Source of the DNA: Eledone cirrhosa
Lineage: Eukaryota
Direction: 5' to 3'
NCBI GenBank assembly: GCA_964016885.1
Contig: OZ024740.1
Coordinates: 260,400,001 to 260,464,000, forward strand
DNA length: 64,000 bases
Position numbers and translations under genes: made by a program. The notes beneath the pieces were generated by a model that was not told where the DNA came from, did no database searches, and was given only the letters and a program-made list of their open reading frames with translations. The stretch's first letter is position 1. Every line of letters starts with the position of its first letter. Below, in pieces: positions 1-13,330 of this stretch.

Positions 1-14
1 TGTACATTTTTAAC

Positions 15-57
<43 letters not shown>

Positions 58-60
<3 letters not shown>

Positions 61-1318
61 GGTGGGGCATAATTCCTGTTACAAAGTTTTAAATCAATTT
101 AAAAATACATTATGTTGCTAATATAACTAATATATTTGTATCAAATCCATTCACTATAACCATATTAACTATTTTTCAGAACATTACTCCATTAACAATT
201 TGCAATGTCCATAGAATTGAAAAGAAAGTTCATTATAGAGAAGCATGAAAAAGGTCTGACTCCACCCGAGATATTTAAACTGGGGAAAATTCTTAAGATC
301 AATAGAATGTTGATCAAAAGGACAATCGATCGATTTAAGGAAACTTTCTCGACCTAAGACAGACCTCGATCCGGACGCCCTCGCACCTCAAGAACACCAA
401 AACTCGTTAAAAGTGTGAGGGAAAAAATAAGGCATAATCCAAGAAGGTCCATGAGAAAAATGGCAGAAGAAGCAGAAACATCGCCGAGAACTATGCGAAG
501 GATATGTCGAGATGATCTGGGGATGTCACCCTATAAGTTCCAAAAGAGGCAGCTTCTTTCTGCAGTCACAATTGAAAGGATGGCTCGCTGCAAAACATCA
601 TCTTTACAGATGAGAAGTTATTCACTGTGCAGCAGTCTCACAATCATCAAAATGATCGAGTACTTGCAAAAAGTCTCCAATCAATTCCTTCAAGTGTAGG
701 AAAAGTGTTCAGAACACAGAAACCAGCATCAGTGATGATTTGGGCAGCCATTTCTGAAAGAGGTAAGTCTCCTCTGATTGTTGTGCCTCAAGGAGTTAAA
801 ATTAACAAAGAACTTTACATAAAGGATATTTTGGAAGGAGCACTGATGCCATGGTGCACATCTGTTTATGGCGATGACATTTGGACTCTCCAACAAGATG
901 GAGTGACGAGCCACACTGCTAGCGTAACACAACAGTGTTGTAGAGACCATTGTCCGGCATGGATCAATAAGGAAGAGTGGCTTCCCACATCACCAGATCT
1001 CAACCCTCTCGATTTTTCTTTATAGTCAATTCTTGAGAGTGAAGCCTGCTCTACTCCTAGCCAAAATATTGAAACTCAAAAATCAAAACTGAATAAAGTA
1101 TGGGAGAAAATACCCATGGAAATTGTTCGTGCAGCCATCGAAGACTTTCCTAGAAGACTTCGAGCGGTAGTGAGAGCTAGAGGAAAGTATTTCGAATAAA
1201 TTGTTGTGTAGTTGTTTAATAGTATATTACTTACTATTTGTTGAAGTCAGATCTTGAAATAAATGTTTTTTTCAAGAACTATTTGCATTTTATTTTGTAA
1301 CAGTTTTTATGCCCCACC

Positions 1319-1321
<3 letters not shown>
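58..1321 (+). mobile_element. Tc1/mariner-superfamily DNA transposon, DD37D (maT/mori-like), full length but defective
   Basis: 28-bp TIRs CAGGGTGGGGCATAAttcCTGTTACAAA (58-85) and TTTGTAACAGtttTTATGCCCCACCCTG (1294-1321), 3 mismatches; TA on both sides, embedded in (TA)n tracts; encloses a transposase pseudogene. Confidence 0.93.
205..1198 (+). pseudogene. DD37D transposase pseudogene
   Basis: ATG at 205 gives MSIELKRK...FKETFST*DRPRSGRPR (HTH plus GRPR motif), then ORFs 415-699 and 627-1025 with VMIWAAIS, LQQDG and SPDLNPLD; 37 residues counted between 2nd and 3rd Asp. In-frame stops and a frameshift near 600. Confidence 0.9.
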
Positions 1322-1408
<87 letters not shown>

Positions 1409-1411
<3 letters not shown>

Positions 1412-1660
1412 TATGTATACGTACATACATATATGTATACAGACGTACAGTAGTATGTATATATATATACATACAGGCACACATATATATATATGTACGT
1501 ATGGATTTACCGAACATTTATTATAATGCTTGGCGTGTTATATAATAAATGTTCGGTAAATCCACACGTACATATATATATATGTGTGCATGTATGTATA
1601 TATATATATACATACTACTGTACGTCTGTATACATATATGTATGTACGTATACATACTTA
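1409..1660. repeat. Fold-back inverted repeat (~115-bp arms, short spacer) abutting (TA)n
   Basis: AAGTATGTATACGTAC...GGATTTACCGAACATTTATTATA followed by its reverse complement TATAATAAATGTTCGGTAAATCC...GTACGTATACATACTT. Confidence 0.85.
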
Positions 1661-1716
1661 TATTTAAGTAACAGCCGTACTAAGAGTGAGAAATGAAATT
1701 TCGTTTCATTTTTTCC

Positions 1717-1867
<151 letters not shown>

Positions 1868-1889
1868 TTACACATGCACACACATATAT

Positions 1890-2345
1890 GATGGTAGCCA
1901 CTTCACACTGGAGTATAGCCATCGCTTGAATTTTCAAACAGGCTTCTTCATGTGTGTAGTCATGGACGTGACTTTTTAGGCCAGCAAGAGTTCTACATTC
2001 TCTGGTACAGATGTTACAGACATGGCCTTTGGCAACAGAAATTCGTGGCTTGTTGCCACGTACTTTCATGCACTGTTTCAAGCCTCCTGGTGATTGGCAA
2101 ACTTTATCACATTGTTGGCAGATTGTTATATCATACGCACCAACGTAATCTACAACACCCTTTTCTACATGGCTTCTTTTGTAACTCTTAAATCCAGCTT
2201 TGCTGATGCAGACTCTCCCACATTAATTACATGTCAGCTCGCCTTCGTCTCCAACGCTTCCTGGTAATTCCACTTTCAAGCCTTTCCTCACATAACTTTT
2301 AACCGTTCATAATTTCTTCATGTCGTTTCAAAGTGGACTTTCTCT
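1890..2345 (-). mobile_element. Decayed RTE-like LINE 3' fragment
   Basis: Minus-strand [22 protein letters not shown]2H2-like C-terminal motif, also seen in the 60262 remnant; stops and frameshifts. Confidence 0.5.
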
Positions 2346-2502
2346 CCATATAGAGCTTCCTTCCACTGAGTACAACCATACATACATGCATTCATACATG
2401 CATACATACATACATACATACATACATAGATACATACATACATACATACACATACACATACAAACATATATACATACATACACACATACATACATACACA
2501 CG

Positions 2503-3705
2503 TGTTGGACAGACGATGAATTCTCCAGCCTGCTTAAGAAATTAACATACAAGTGAATGAGCATTCTACAGACACGTGTATCTTTAATGCAGTTTTCAGA
2601 GAGATTCAGTGTGACATTGTCTGGCAAGGTTTTTGCTTTGAATTAACTATACAACTCATTTCTACAGCTGAGTGAACAGGAGTAATGTGAAATAAAGTGT
2701 CTTGCTCAAGAACACAACACACGACCCAGTCCAGGAATTGAACCCTCGACATTATGATCGTAAGTTCATCACCCTTACCACTACTGAAATAAAGTGTCTT
2801 GCTCAGAAACACAACACACGACCCAGTCCAGGAATTGAACCCTTACCACTACTGAAATAAAGTGTCTTGCTCAAGAACACAACACACGACCCAGTCCCTC
2901 GACATTATGATCGTAAGTTCATCACCCTTACCACTACTGAAATAAAGTGTCTTGCTCAAGAACACAACACACGACCCAGTCCCTCGACATTATGATCGTA
3001 AGTTCATCACCCTTACCACTACTGAAATAAAGTGTCTTGCTCAAGAACACAACACACGACCCAGTCCAGGAATTGAACCCTCAACATTATGATCGTAAGT
3101 TCATCACCCTTACCACTACTGAAATAAAGTGTCTTGCTCAAGAACACAACACACGACCCAGTCCAGGAATTGAACCCTCAACATTATGATCGTAAGTTCA
3201 TCACCCTTACCACTACTGAAATAAAGTGTCTTGCTCAAGAACACAACACACGACCCAGTCCAGGAATTGAACCCTCGACATTATGATCGTAAGTTCATCA
3301 CCCTTACCACTACTGAAATAAAGTGTCTTGCTCAGAAACACAACACACGACCCAGTCCAGGAATTGAACCCTCGACATTATGATCGTAAGTTCACCACCC
3401 TTACCACTACTGAAATAAAGTGTCTTGCTCAGAAACACAACACACGGCCCAGTCCAGGAATTGAACCCTCGACATTATGATCGTAAGTTCACCACCCTTA
3501 CCACTACTGAAATAAAGTGTCTTGCTCAGAAACACAACACACGGCCCAGTCCAGGAATTGAACCCTCGACATTATGATCGTAAGTTCATCACCCTTACCA
3601 CTACTGAAATAAAGTGTCTTGCTCAGAAACACAACATGCACCCAGGAAATGAATTCATAACCTTACTGTGATGAGTTGATAACCCTTACCAGTAAGCCAC
3701 ATGCC
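2503..3705 (-). mobile_element. tRNA-derived CORE-like SINE whose 5' head is amplified into a tandem array
   Basis: Minus strand: A box TGGCTTACTGG in the outermost unit, B box GGTTCAATTCC, CORE-like TGTGTTCTTGAGCAAGACACTT; unique SINE body continues to ~2503. Confidence 0.7.
2688..3705. repeat. Tandem array, ~11 units of ~97 bp (shorter deletion variants of ~68 and ~85 bp)
   Basis: TGAAATAAAGTGTCTTGCTC recurs at about 2688, 2785, 2853, 2938, 3023, 3120, 3217, 3314, 3410, 3507 and 3605. Confidence 0.95.
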
Positions 3706-3727
3706 TTCATATATACTATGCCTAACT

Positions 3728-5246
3728 ATATACTGTGTATATACACAGTATATACACTATATACGCAGTATAGACACAGTATATACACTATATACACAGT
3801 ATATACACTATATACACAGTATAGACACAGTATATTCACTATATACTGTGTATATACACAGTATATACACTATATACACAGTATAAACACAGTATATACA
3901 CTATATACTGTGTATATACACAGTATATACACTATATACACAGTATATACACTATATACACAGTATATGCACACTATACACAGTATATGCACTATATACA
4001 CAGTATATACGCTATATACACAGTATATACGCTATATACACAGTATAGACACAGTATATACAGTATATACACAGTATAGACACAGTATATACACTATATA
4101 CACAGTATATACACAGTATATACAGTATATACACAATATAGACACAGTATATACACTATATACACAGTATATACACAGTATATACACTATATACACAGTA
4201 TATACACATCATTTACACTATATACACAGTATATACACAGTATATGTACTATATACACAGTATATGCACTATATACACAGTATAGACACAGTATATACAC
4301 TATATACACAGTATATACACAGTATATACACAGTATATACACAGTATATACACTATATACACAGTATATACACAGTATATACACAGTATATGTACTATAT
4401 ACACAGTATATACACTATATACACAGTATATACACTATATACACAGTATAGACACAGTATATACACTATATACACAGTATATACACAGTATATACACAGT
4501 ATATACACTATATACACAGTATATACGCTATATACACAGTATAGACACAGTATATACTCTATATACACAGTATATACACATCATTTACACTATATACACA
4601 GTATATACACAGTATATGTACTATATACACAGTATATGCACTATATACACAGTATAGACACAGTATATACACTATATACACAGTATATACACAGTATATA
4701 CACAGTATATACACAGTATATACACTATATACACAGTATATACACAGTATATACACAGTATATACACAGTATATACACTATATACACAGTATATACGCTA
4801 TATACACAGTATAGACACAGTATATACTCTATATACACAGTATATACACATCATTTACACTATATACACAGTATATGTACTATATACACAGTATATGCAC
4901 TATATACACAGTATATACACAGTATATGCACTATATACACAGTATATACACAGTATATGCACTATATACACAGTATATACACTATATACACAGTATATAC
5001 ACTATATACACAGTATATACACAGTATATCCACTATATACACAGTATATACACTATATACACAGTATATACACTATATACACAGTATATACACAGTATAT
5101 ACACAGTATATACACAGTATATACACTATATACACAGTATATACACAGTATATGCACAGTATATACACAGTATATACACAGTATATACACAGTATATTAT
5201 CAGTATATACACAGTATAAACATAGTTTGTACACAGTATATACACT
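3728..5246. repeat. Minisatellite of 11-bp TATATACACAG and 9-bp TATATACAC units with higher-order duplication
   Basis: Direct reading; the variant CATCATTTACAC recurs at ~4207, 4579 and 4849; identical spurious ORFs at 4187 and 4559 give a 372-bp higher-order period. Confidence 0.95.
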
Positions 5247-5422
5247 AATTTAGACCTATTAATATTTTGCACTATTTGTAATTTGTTAGATAATTTTATA
5301 TTACATGAATTAATTAGCGATTGTCTGTCATTGGTGTTAATTGCTAATAATTTATTAGTTGATATTAAGTAGTATAGTAAAGTGCATATACTCTCATGGG
5401 GTGTGTGTGTGTATATATACAC

Positions 5423-5460
<38 letters not shown>

Positions 5461-5620
5461 ATTCGTGTGTGTATGTGTGTATGCATGTTTGAGTATATAT
5501 TCATACGTATGTATTTGTGCACCCATACACAAACACAGACATGGAGAGAGAAAAAGATTGATATATACACTTGTAGATGAACGCTTGATGGAGAAAGGAA
5601 GATATATATATATATACGCG

Positions 5621-5657
<37 letters not shown>

Positions 5658-5730
5658 ATATATATATAAACATATGTATATATATATATGTGTGTGTATA
5701 TGTGTGTGTGTGTATGTATATATATATATA

Positions 5731-7717
5731 CTAGCAGAGGTACCCGGTGATGCCCAGGTATTTTGTGAAAGTTACAATGTATTTTGGCACAAAATATTTA
5801 ACCAATGAAATATGATTGCTGTTTTTTCACCTAAAGTAGGAATTATAGCGGAATATTCAGTGTCTCTTGTTTAAAGCAAATCATCTAGATAAAGATATTA
5901 GTTCTGTCCACTGGTATTGTTTTGAATACTGCACCCTTTTACAGCCAGCATATATAATGATTCACCCATAGATGAATCATTAAGTATGTTGTCAGTGAAA
6001 AGGGCATGACCATAAAAATAATCTGGATTTTTATTTATTTATTCATTTTTTTGCACAAAAAAATGAATCAGAACCTCTGAAATTCCAACAACACCTGGAG
6101 GTTATTGTGAAAACCAAAAGTAAGATAAAATAAAAAATAAATTTAGCATTGGTTTATAAATGAATGAAGCATTTACTTACTCATTTCTGTAATTCAGGAA
6201 AGTGTATTTAATTTTTACACTAGCTTTCACCAATCTTTGCTTCTAAAGCAGTAGGATCTTGTTTGAGGGAGTTTAGTTTTCTATTTCTATTAGGTATACT
6301 AACAGTCATAGTGGCTCCCATGACATAGATACATACATACACACGTGTATGTGTGTGATTTGAAGGGGATTTTGCTAATATTTCTAGTAGATCGAGATAT
6401 CACATAGAATCTTTTATTTTTGCTTCATACATATATACATACATGACACAGTAGGGTGGGATTTGAAGGAAATTTGTCTGCTATTTCTAAAAGGTCTAAC
6501 TACCATACACATATTTCAGTTCTACTAACTACCCAGGAATGCCTGTATATTCTTCCAAAGTAACACTATGCAGTAAGGTTGCGACTTCAGAATTCCTTAC
6601 AAACTATATAACAAAGGAATTACGATCTGTGTTTTGTCATTGAATGGGGAATTACGATATTGCTCATTCCAAAGCCTCTAGATAAACAACATTCTTTGCC
6701 CTGTGATGCTACAATGAAAGGACAATCAGGGTTTCCAACTCTTGTAATACCAACATAGAGCTGACCATGTGAAAAGGCAGGATCTGCCAGGTTCAACCCA
6801 ACGACTTTCAATGATTGCTCTTGAGATTTATTGATGGTCATGGCAAAACTGAGTCTGATAAGAAATTGAAGCCTTTGAAATTCAAATGGCAAATCAGTTG
6901 GTTTCAGCGGTATTCTGGGAATGAAACAATTGTCACCAGCAAATTTTCCTGACATGATTGCATTGAGCATCATATTTTTGATGATGAGTCTTGTGTCATT
7001 GGAAAGTTTTGGAGGATCCAGATTACGAAGTAGCATAAACCCATGCTCCAAACTTCAGTATCAGTTTGTGTGGAAGAATTCTTGTTAGTTCCAGACTGTT
7101 AAAATATTCAGTTGGATAGTTTACAACCTGGTCTTGGGAAGAAATTGTGTCAATTGATTTGTAGCATCTTTTCTCTCAGTAGCCTTCTGTTGATTTCTTT
7201 CACATCAACATTTTTCGGTGCTAAGATTGCTCGTTCCCAGAGACATTTAGGATCACAATGTCTGATCTGAATATTTAGAAACACTCTGGCAATCAGTTCT
7301 TGTTCTGTTTCAATGATATGGCCAAATGACAACTGAATATGGTCCTTTTCAAGTAGCCCATTTCCCAATTTAAGTAGTTGGATGGCAAATTCACTGACAT
7401 CTTCGTCCCCAGTCAAGTGCACTCGCATATAGTTACAGTCTGAAATCAACTGCAAGAACCATTGTCACTCCTCCCAGTATGCAAGTATTTCCTCTCAGAT
7501 CTCTTATTGTACGAGCCAAAGCTTTAATTGCTCATTTATGGCTCATGGTAGCTTCATCCCAAATTATCATCTTGTATATTTGCAGAAGCTTGTCCTTGGG
7601 TGAGTTCTTCTTGATGTTGCAAAAAGATTGTTCATGTGTGATGAAATATGGAGTGTGCACTGATTTTTCCATTCTGAAGTGTTGCTGCAATGTCACTTGA
7701 AGCCAGAGCAATGGCAA
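5731..7717 (-). mobile_element. Helitron 3' remnant (Pif1-like RepHel helicase pseudogene plus 3' terminus)
   Basis: Fragments IIWDEATMSHK, ERAILAPKN and RLSFAMTINKSQ..SLKVVGL..FSHGQLYVG.TRV. The minus-strand end TACCTGGGCATCACCGGGTA hairpin followed by CTAG, then T, at 5731 is the canonical Helitron 3' end. Confidence 0.85.
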
Positions 7718-8017
7718 TATGTTGCTTTTGGCGAACTTTTGCCCTAACTACTCAGCCAAATTGACTGTCAAACCTTTACACAAACACACACAAACACACA
7801 CACACACAAACATTCACATCCACACACACAAACATCCCCATACACACATAAACACACACATCTTCTTTTACTTATTTCAGGTCTTTAGACTGTGGCCATG
7901 CTGGGTCGCTTCCTTGAAGGGATTTAGTCATTCATATTGACTCACTACTTCTTTTAGTGGTCCCTTTTTGTTGATCCACAGAACATCTTTTTAGTAAACA
8001 TAAGCACAGACACACAC

Positions 8018-8102
<85 letters not shown>

Positions 8103-8579
8103 CTAGCAAATGCACATGGTGTAAAGAGAAAACATGCACGCTATACAGCACATGGTGGTGTGAATGAACCAAAAGACCGCTACCATTCAGCTTACGAAGG
8201 TCTACTTACATATAGAAATGAATCAGGAGCCAATATGTCAAATTAAAAAAACGGAATTAAAGACTCACATTAATTCCCTACAATTTAATGAGCTCTGTCT
8301 GATTAATCTTTTGAAGAGTGGATCGTATTATTTGATTCTCCTGTTGATAAGCCGTCAGCGGTATGATTCTACACTTTATTTGTGGCGAAACATGCTTACT
8401 GCATGTCCAGCAGATATAGATATATGTACATTTTAAGTATGCTTTTAATTGTTATGTATTCTCCATTTCTTTCGTAGACAATATGATTTTCACTCTGGTG
8501 GTATTCTATCCCCTATAATTGAACACATACCTATTTGCATATGTGTGTGTGCGTGTGTATAAATATGTATATATATATA

Positions 8580-8784
8580 CGTAGGTCCCGGGTTGAGTCG
8601 GGGATAACCACAGTAAGTAAGGTACTCAATACATGGCAGAGTAAAATTTTTTTATTTTATAGGACTAGTACTATTTCATTCAGATGAAATCTTCAGGAAG
8701 ATTTGAAATCTTCAGGAAGATGCTTCCTGAAGATTTCATCTGAATGAAACAGTACTAGTCCTGTAGAAGCTCCTTCTATAAAAT

Positions 8785-8790
<6 letters not shown>
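8580..8790. mobile_element. PLE pseudo-LTR-like fold-back fragment (second copy of the family at 50564-50700)
   Basis: CGTAGGTCCCGGGTTGAGTCGGGGATAACC... shared with 50564; inverted arms around 8720; flanked by (TA)n; contains a hammerhead motif. Confidence 0.65.
8722..8770 (+). ncRNA. Type I hammerhead ribozyme motif
   Basis: gcttc-CTGAAGA-tttc atct gaat-GAA-ACAG tactagtc CTGT-A-gaagc: stem I 5 bp, stem III 4 bp, GUA cleavage triplet. Confidence 0.75.
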
Positions 8791-8815
<25 letters not shown>

Positions 8816-8819
<4 letters not shown>

Positions 8820-9586
8820 TACATGAATCAAAGTTCTGTTCAAACCATTTATTAGCTTACAAACCATTTATTATCTTACAAACCATTTATTAGCTTACAA
8901 TTGTTTCGTCCAAACCGAGGTTTGAGGTCTTCGGACCAATTTTTCAATGATTGTTTACATACATGACCTCCTTTCCAACACAAGAGACATACAGAAACCT
9001 ATGTATATATCGATGCGCAGTGGGGTGACATCCATTATAATATTTTAACATGGCAATTTACATTCAAAAATTAAAATCATATTAAAAGAAAATTAAAAGA
9101 AAATTAAAAGAAAATTAAAAGAAAATTAAAAGAAAATTAAAATTACAACCCCCATAATACTCTTGATTGCCCGCTTAAAGCGTTTGTATTGCATATAACA
9201 CCTTGCCACACAATAATCTTACATAAATAAGACACACGTGCATGCTCCACGTGTAACTATTGCATACACTAACTACTTCAAACTATCCTCTTGCATTATC
9301 TTCGTAAACTGCCGATGTTGTATTTTAACTTTAATTTTGTTTTAATTTTCTTTTAATATGATTTTAATTTTTGAATGTAAATTGCCATGCTAAAATATTA
9401 TAATGGATGTCACCCCACTGTGCTTCGATATATACATAGGTTTCTGTATGTCTCTTGTGTTGGAAAGGAGGTCATGTATGTAAACAATCATTGAAAAATT
9501 GGTCCGAAGACCCCAAACCTCGGTTTGGACGAAACAATTGTAAGCTAATAAATGGTTTGAACAGAACTTTGATTCATGTAATTTCT
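8816..9586. repeat. Large inverted repeat (~250-bp arms), PLE pseudo-LTR-like, with degenerate hammerhead (CCGAAGA...GAAACAATTGTA)
   Basis: AAATTACATGAATCAAAG... at 8816 mirrors ...CTTTGATTCATGTAATTT at 9586; left arm has an extra 19-bp triplication and 10-bp repeats. Confidence 0.8.
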
Positions 9587-9790
9587 ATATAACTGCTCTG
9601 TAGAACAACTGATGTTATTACATTGAGCTATTTATCTTACTGGTAATAAGGTAGTAATAAATTACTGTCTTTCACTGTTTAGGGTTTAAAATATATATAA
9701 CTATAAAAAGTTTTAGTATATACATAACCATAAATAGTATCCTTAATACTATATATATATATGTATATATTTATATATATATATGTATAT

Positions 9791-10808
9791 ACAACGCAGC
9801 ACGCCATTTTTCATTCACATAATTCTTCCCTTCGCTGTGGTTCGTATATTTTCTGTCACCTTACAGCTATCACCCTTTCTCTCTCCTTCACCTCTTGCCT
9901 TCCTCAACTCCCGCTGCTGGTCACTCACTCTCGGCTGGTCCTTCCTCCCACTTTCTCTCACTCCCTCTCTGCTTCTCCCCCCTCTCACTTCCTCCCGTCT
10001 GACCTGCTTGAATTTCTTTCCTCTCTCAATCTTCTCGTGGCTCGGACGTGTCTATTTCTCCTCGTCAATTTGATATGTCGGGCTTATCCCCACATGATAC
10101 ATTGACTTGTCTCTATTTTCCTCTCTTTTCGTTGCATACCACCATGTTGTTTTTTCCCTTTCCTCTGTTTTCCTCTGTCCCGATAACTTAATTGAGTTAT
10201 CGCACGCACTGATTTTAGGTATCTACCAACGATAAAACAGCAGACTACTGAAGAGGACATTTTAACCCTTGTCTATTTTTATTCATATAGTCATGTTCGC
10301 AACAACGCAGCACGCCATTTTTCATTCACATAATTTTTCCCTTCGCTGTGGTTCGTATATTTTCTGTCACCTTACAGCTATCACCCTTTCTCTCTCCTTC
10401 ACCTCTTGCCTTCCTCAAATCCTGCTGCTGGTCACTCACTCTCGGCTGGTCCTTCCTCCCACTTTCACTCACTCCCTCTCTGCTTCTCCCCCCCTCTCAC
10501 TTCCTCCCGTCTGACCTGCTTGAATTTCTTTCCTCTCTCAATCTTCTCGTGGCTCGGACGTGTCTATTTCTCCTCGTCAATTTGATATGTCGGGCTTAAG
10601 CCCACGTGATTCATTGACTTGTCTCTATTTCCTCTCTTTTCGTTGCATACCACCATGTTGTTTGTTTCCTTCCCTCCGTTTTTCCACTGACCCGATAACT
10701 TAATTGAGTTATCCCTCGCACTGATTTTATGTATCTAGTCTTTAATGCGTCGAAATACCAACATTAAATCAGCAGACTGCTGAAGAGGACATTTTAACCC
10801 TTGTCTAT
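9791..10808. repeat. Tandem dimer of a ~511-bp pyrimidine-rich unit between (TA)n tracts
   Basis: ACAACGCAGCACGCCATTTTTC at 9791 and ~10303; units nearly identical with an indel near their ends. Confidence 0.9.
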
Positions 10809-10829
10809 TTTTATTCATATATATATATA

Positions 10830-10868
<39 letters not shown>

Positions 10869-11246
10869 AACATGATTGAAAAAGATGGGAATGAATATTC
10901 ATACATAAAGTTGTAGGAATTTCAAACACGGAAGTAGCTGTAATATAGCCGGCTGCTACTGTGCGTAATACAACGTTTTTAACCCGACTTTTGGCAATGC
11001 ACAATAGTATGCAAATATGTTTTATCTCATAAACATAGGCTGAATTCTATAAGTTTCTAGCTGACATTAGCCTCAACAAAGGCAGGGAGATATATAGTCT
11101 CGATAAACGCTAATAAGCGAGAACGCATTGATTACTCCCCCACTTCCGTTTTTGCTGGAACTGGGTCTGTGACGACGGTCACAACCTTAAAAAGTCCTAG
11201 CGAAATGCCTTAAAATGTTTTTCATAAACATCCCGTACATTATTTA

Positions 11247-11341
<95 letters not shown>

Positions 11342-11587
11342 AGCAAAATATACGGTAGTGTCCAATCCGTATGAAGAACTCAATGTAATCCAAATATCAT
11401 GAAAATGGAAGATGCATTCAAAAATTTTCGATAAAAATCATAGGAAAACAGAGTTAAGATAAATTAATAAAAACAATGAAATAAAAACAATGAAATAAAA
11501 ACAAAGAACAAGTTCTTTATATTAAAAAATTCATCATTTTACGATCGTTTCTGAGATGTATATGCGTGTTGGTATGTATATCATATG

Positions 11588-11719
11588 ATCATTTCTGAGG
11601 ACGGCATGTATATGTGAAGGTATGTATATTTCCTCTGATAATTTGTAATATTTTTACATAGATCTATATGATATACATACCAACACACATATACATCCCA
11701 GAAACGATCGTAAAATGAT
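11588..11719 (+). ncRNA. Type I hammerhead motif with ~99-nt stem II, inside fold-back 11470-11775
   Basis: atcattt-CTGAGGA-c...a-GAAAC gatc GTA-aaatgat; stem II arms ATGTATATGTG/CACATATACAT and GGTATGTATA/TATACATACC. Confidence 0.65.
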
Positions 11720-12048
11720 GAATTTTTTAATATAAGGAACTTGTTCGTTGTTTTTATTTCATTGTTTTTATTAATTTATATATATATATAGTTTTGCGAG
11801 GTTTTTGATATGAAATCGTGTGTCGAAACAAATATTGTTATACTTGGGGAGGGTCATATTGTTGTAATAATATTGCCAGAAATAATAACAGAACACACTC
11901 ACTGTTTGGATGGTTTTCGCTTCTGAATCTTTTATATCTCCATAGTTAATTCATTCGGCAATCAATGTTTATCATTGACTGACCAACGGTCAAAAATACA
12001 GATATAAATATATATATATAGTCTAACAAAGTTCTTTCGTTGCACATC

Positions 12049-12150
12049 TGCCGAGGTTAACTTTGCCTTTCATCCTTACGGGGTCGATAAAATAAAGTAC
12101 CAGTAATGCACTGCGTAATTGCTGGCCTTGTGCCAAAAGTAGAAACAATT
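12049..12150 (+). mobile_element. 3' half of tRNA-derived SINE (family 1)
   Basis: GCCTTTCATCCTTACGGGGTCGATAAAATAAAGTACCAG...GTAGAAACAATT, matching full copies elsewhere in the window. Confidence 0.85.
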
Positions 12151-13312
12151 AGGTACAGTGAGGGAATTCTGAAATGGAATGTTGCTGAACAAAAAGAAAT
12201 AGATAGGAAGACTAGGAAGCTATTGACTATCTACAACATGTTCCACAAGAGGAGTGATATCGATAGACTCTACTTAAGGAGATCTGAAGGTGGAAGAGGT
12301 CTTATCAGCATAGAGGACTGTGTTCAGATGGAGAAAAACAACCTGCACAAATACGTGACTGACAGTATGGAGCCAATGCTCAAAATTGTACTGAAGGAAA
12401 AGACAATAGACCAGGGGATGTCCAAAGAGGAAATAACAAGGAGGAAGAGAAACCTTCATGAAAAATCCCTTCATAGTACCTTCTTTAAGAAAACTGAATT
12501 TAGAGATCCACAGACATGGAACTGGTTAAAAAGAGGAGACCTTAAAAAGGCTACAGAAGGAATGCTAATGGCTGCGCAAGAGCAGGCCCTCAGAACGAAG
12601 TGGGTGAAACACCATATTTTCAAGGAGGAGGCTAGCCCACTGTGTAGGATCTGTGGAGAGAGAGAGGAGACTGTGGCTCACATTGTATCCGAGTGTAAAC
12701 ACCTAGCCCAGACTCACTATAAAGGCTGGAGACATGATGTGATGGGCAGGGTGATCCATTGGCATCTATGCAAAGTAAACAATTTACCACATTCTGTGAA
12801 GTAAACAATGTAAACAATTTACAACATTCTGAGCATAAGCCTGAGTCGGTGATAGAAAACGATCAGGTGAAGGTGCTTTGGGATTTTAGGATACAGACGG
12901 ACAAGAAATTAGAACACAATAGGCCTGACCTGGTGGTTTGGGACAAGGAAAAAAGATCGTGCCTGATTGTAGATGTAGCCTGCCCATTTGACACGAGAGT
13001 GCAAGAAAAGGAGAGGGAGAAAATTAACCGATACCAGGACTTAAAGTGGGAGTTTAAAAGGATTTGGAACTGCCATGAAATCAAGGTCGTCCCGATTGTC
13101 ATAGGCGCACTAGGTACTATCTCAAAGAGTTTCCAAGGATGGTTAAAGAAGAATAGTCCAGCCCCGCTTTTTGGAACACTTCAAAATGCATGCTTGCTCG
13201 GAACAGCAAGAACACTCCGATACGTCCTGAATATCTGAGGCTGCAGGTAGTGGCTTGATATTCATTTCAACAAACTTTCCAGTTAAATAACATCGATGAC
13301 TGAGACTCAAAG
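12147..13312 (+). mobile_element. 5'-truncated R4/Dong-like RLE non-LTR retrotransposon (diverged copy)
   Basis: [18 protein letters not shown] zinc knuckle and [23 protein letters not shown]-(D/E)xK nuclease; frameshifting duplication at ~12790; ends in (AAT)n. Confidence 0.9.
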
Positions 13313-13330
13313 AACAATAATAATAATAAT

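Noticed and set aside
2688-3705. CRISPR-like repeat array or tRNA gene cluster
   Set aside because: No unique spacers, no cas genes, eukaryotic context; units are SINE heads without a full cloverleaf.
3676-5253. 525-aa Y/T/I/H-rich ORF
   Set aside because: Translation of a stop-free 9/11-bp minisatellite; open in several frames.
9498-9550. Functional hammerhead at CCGAAGA...GAAACAATTGTA
   Set aside because: Core U is C in both arms and stem I pairs poorly; kept only as a degenerate relative.
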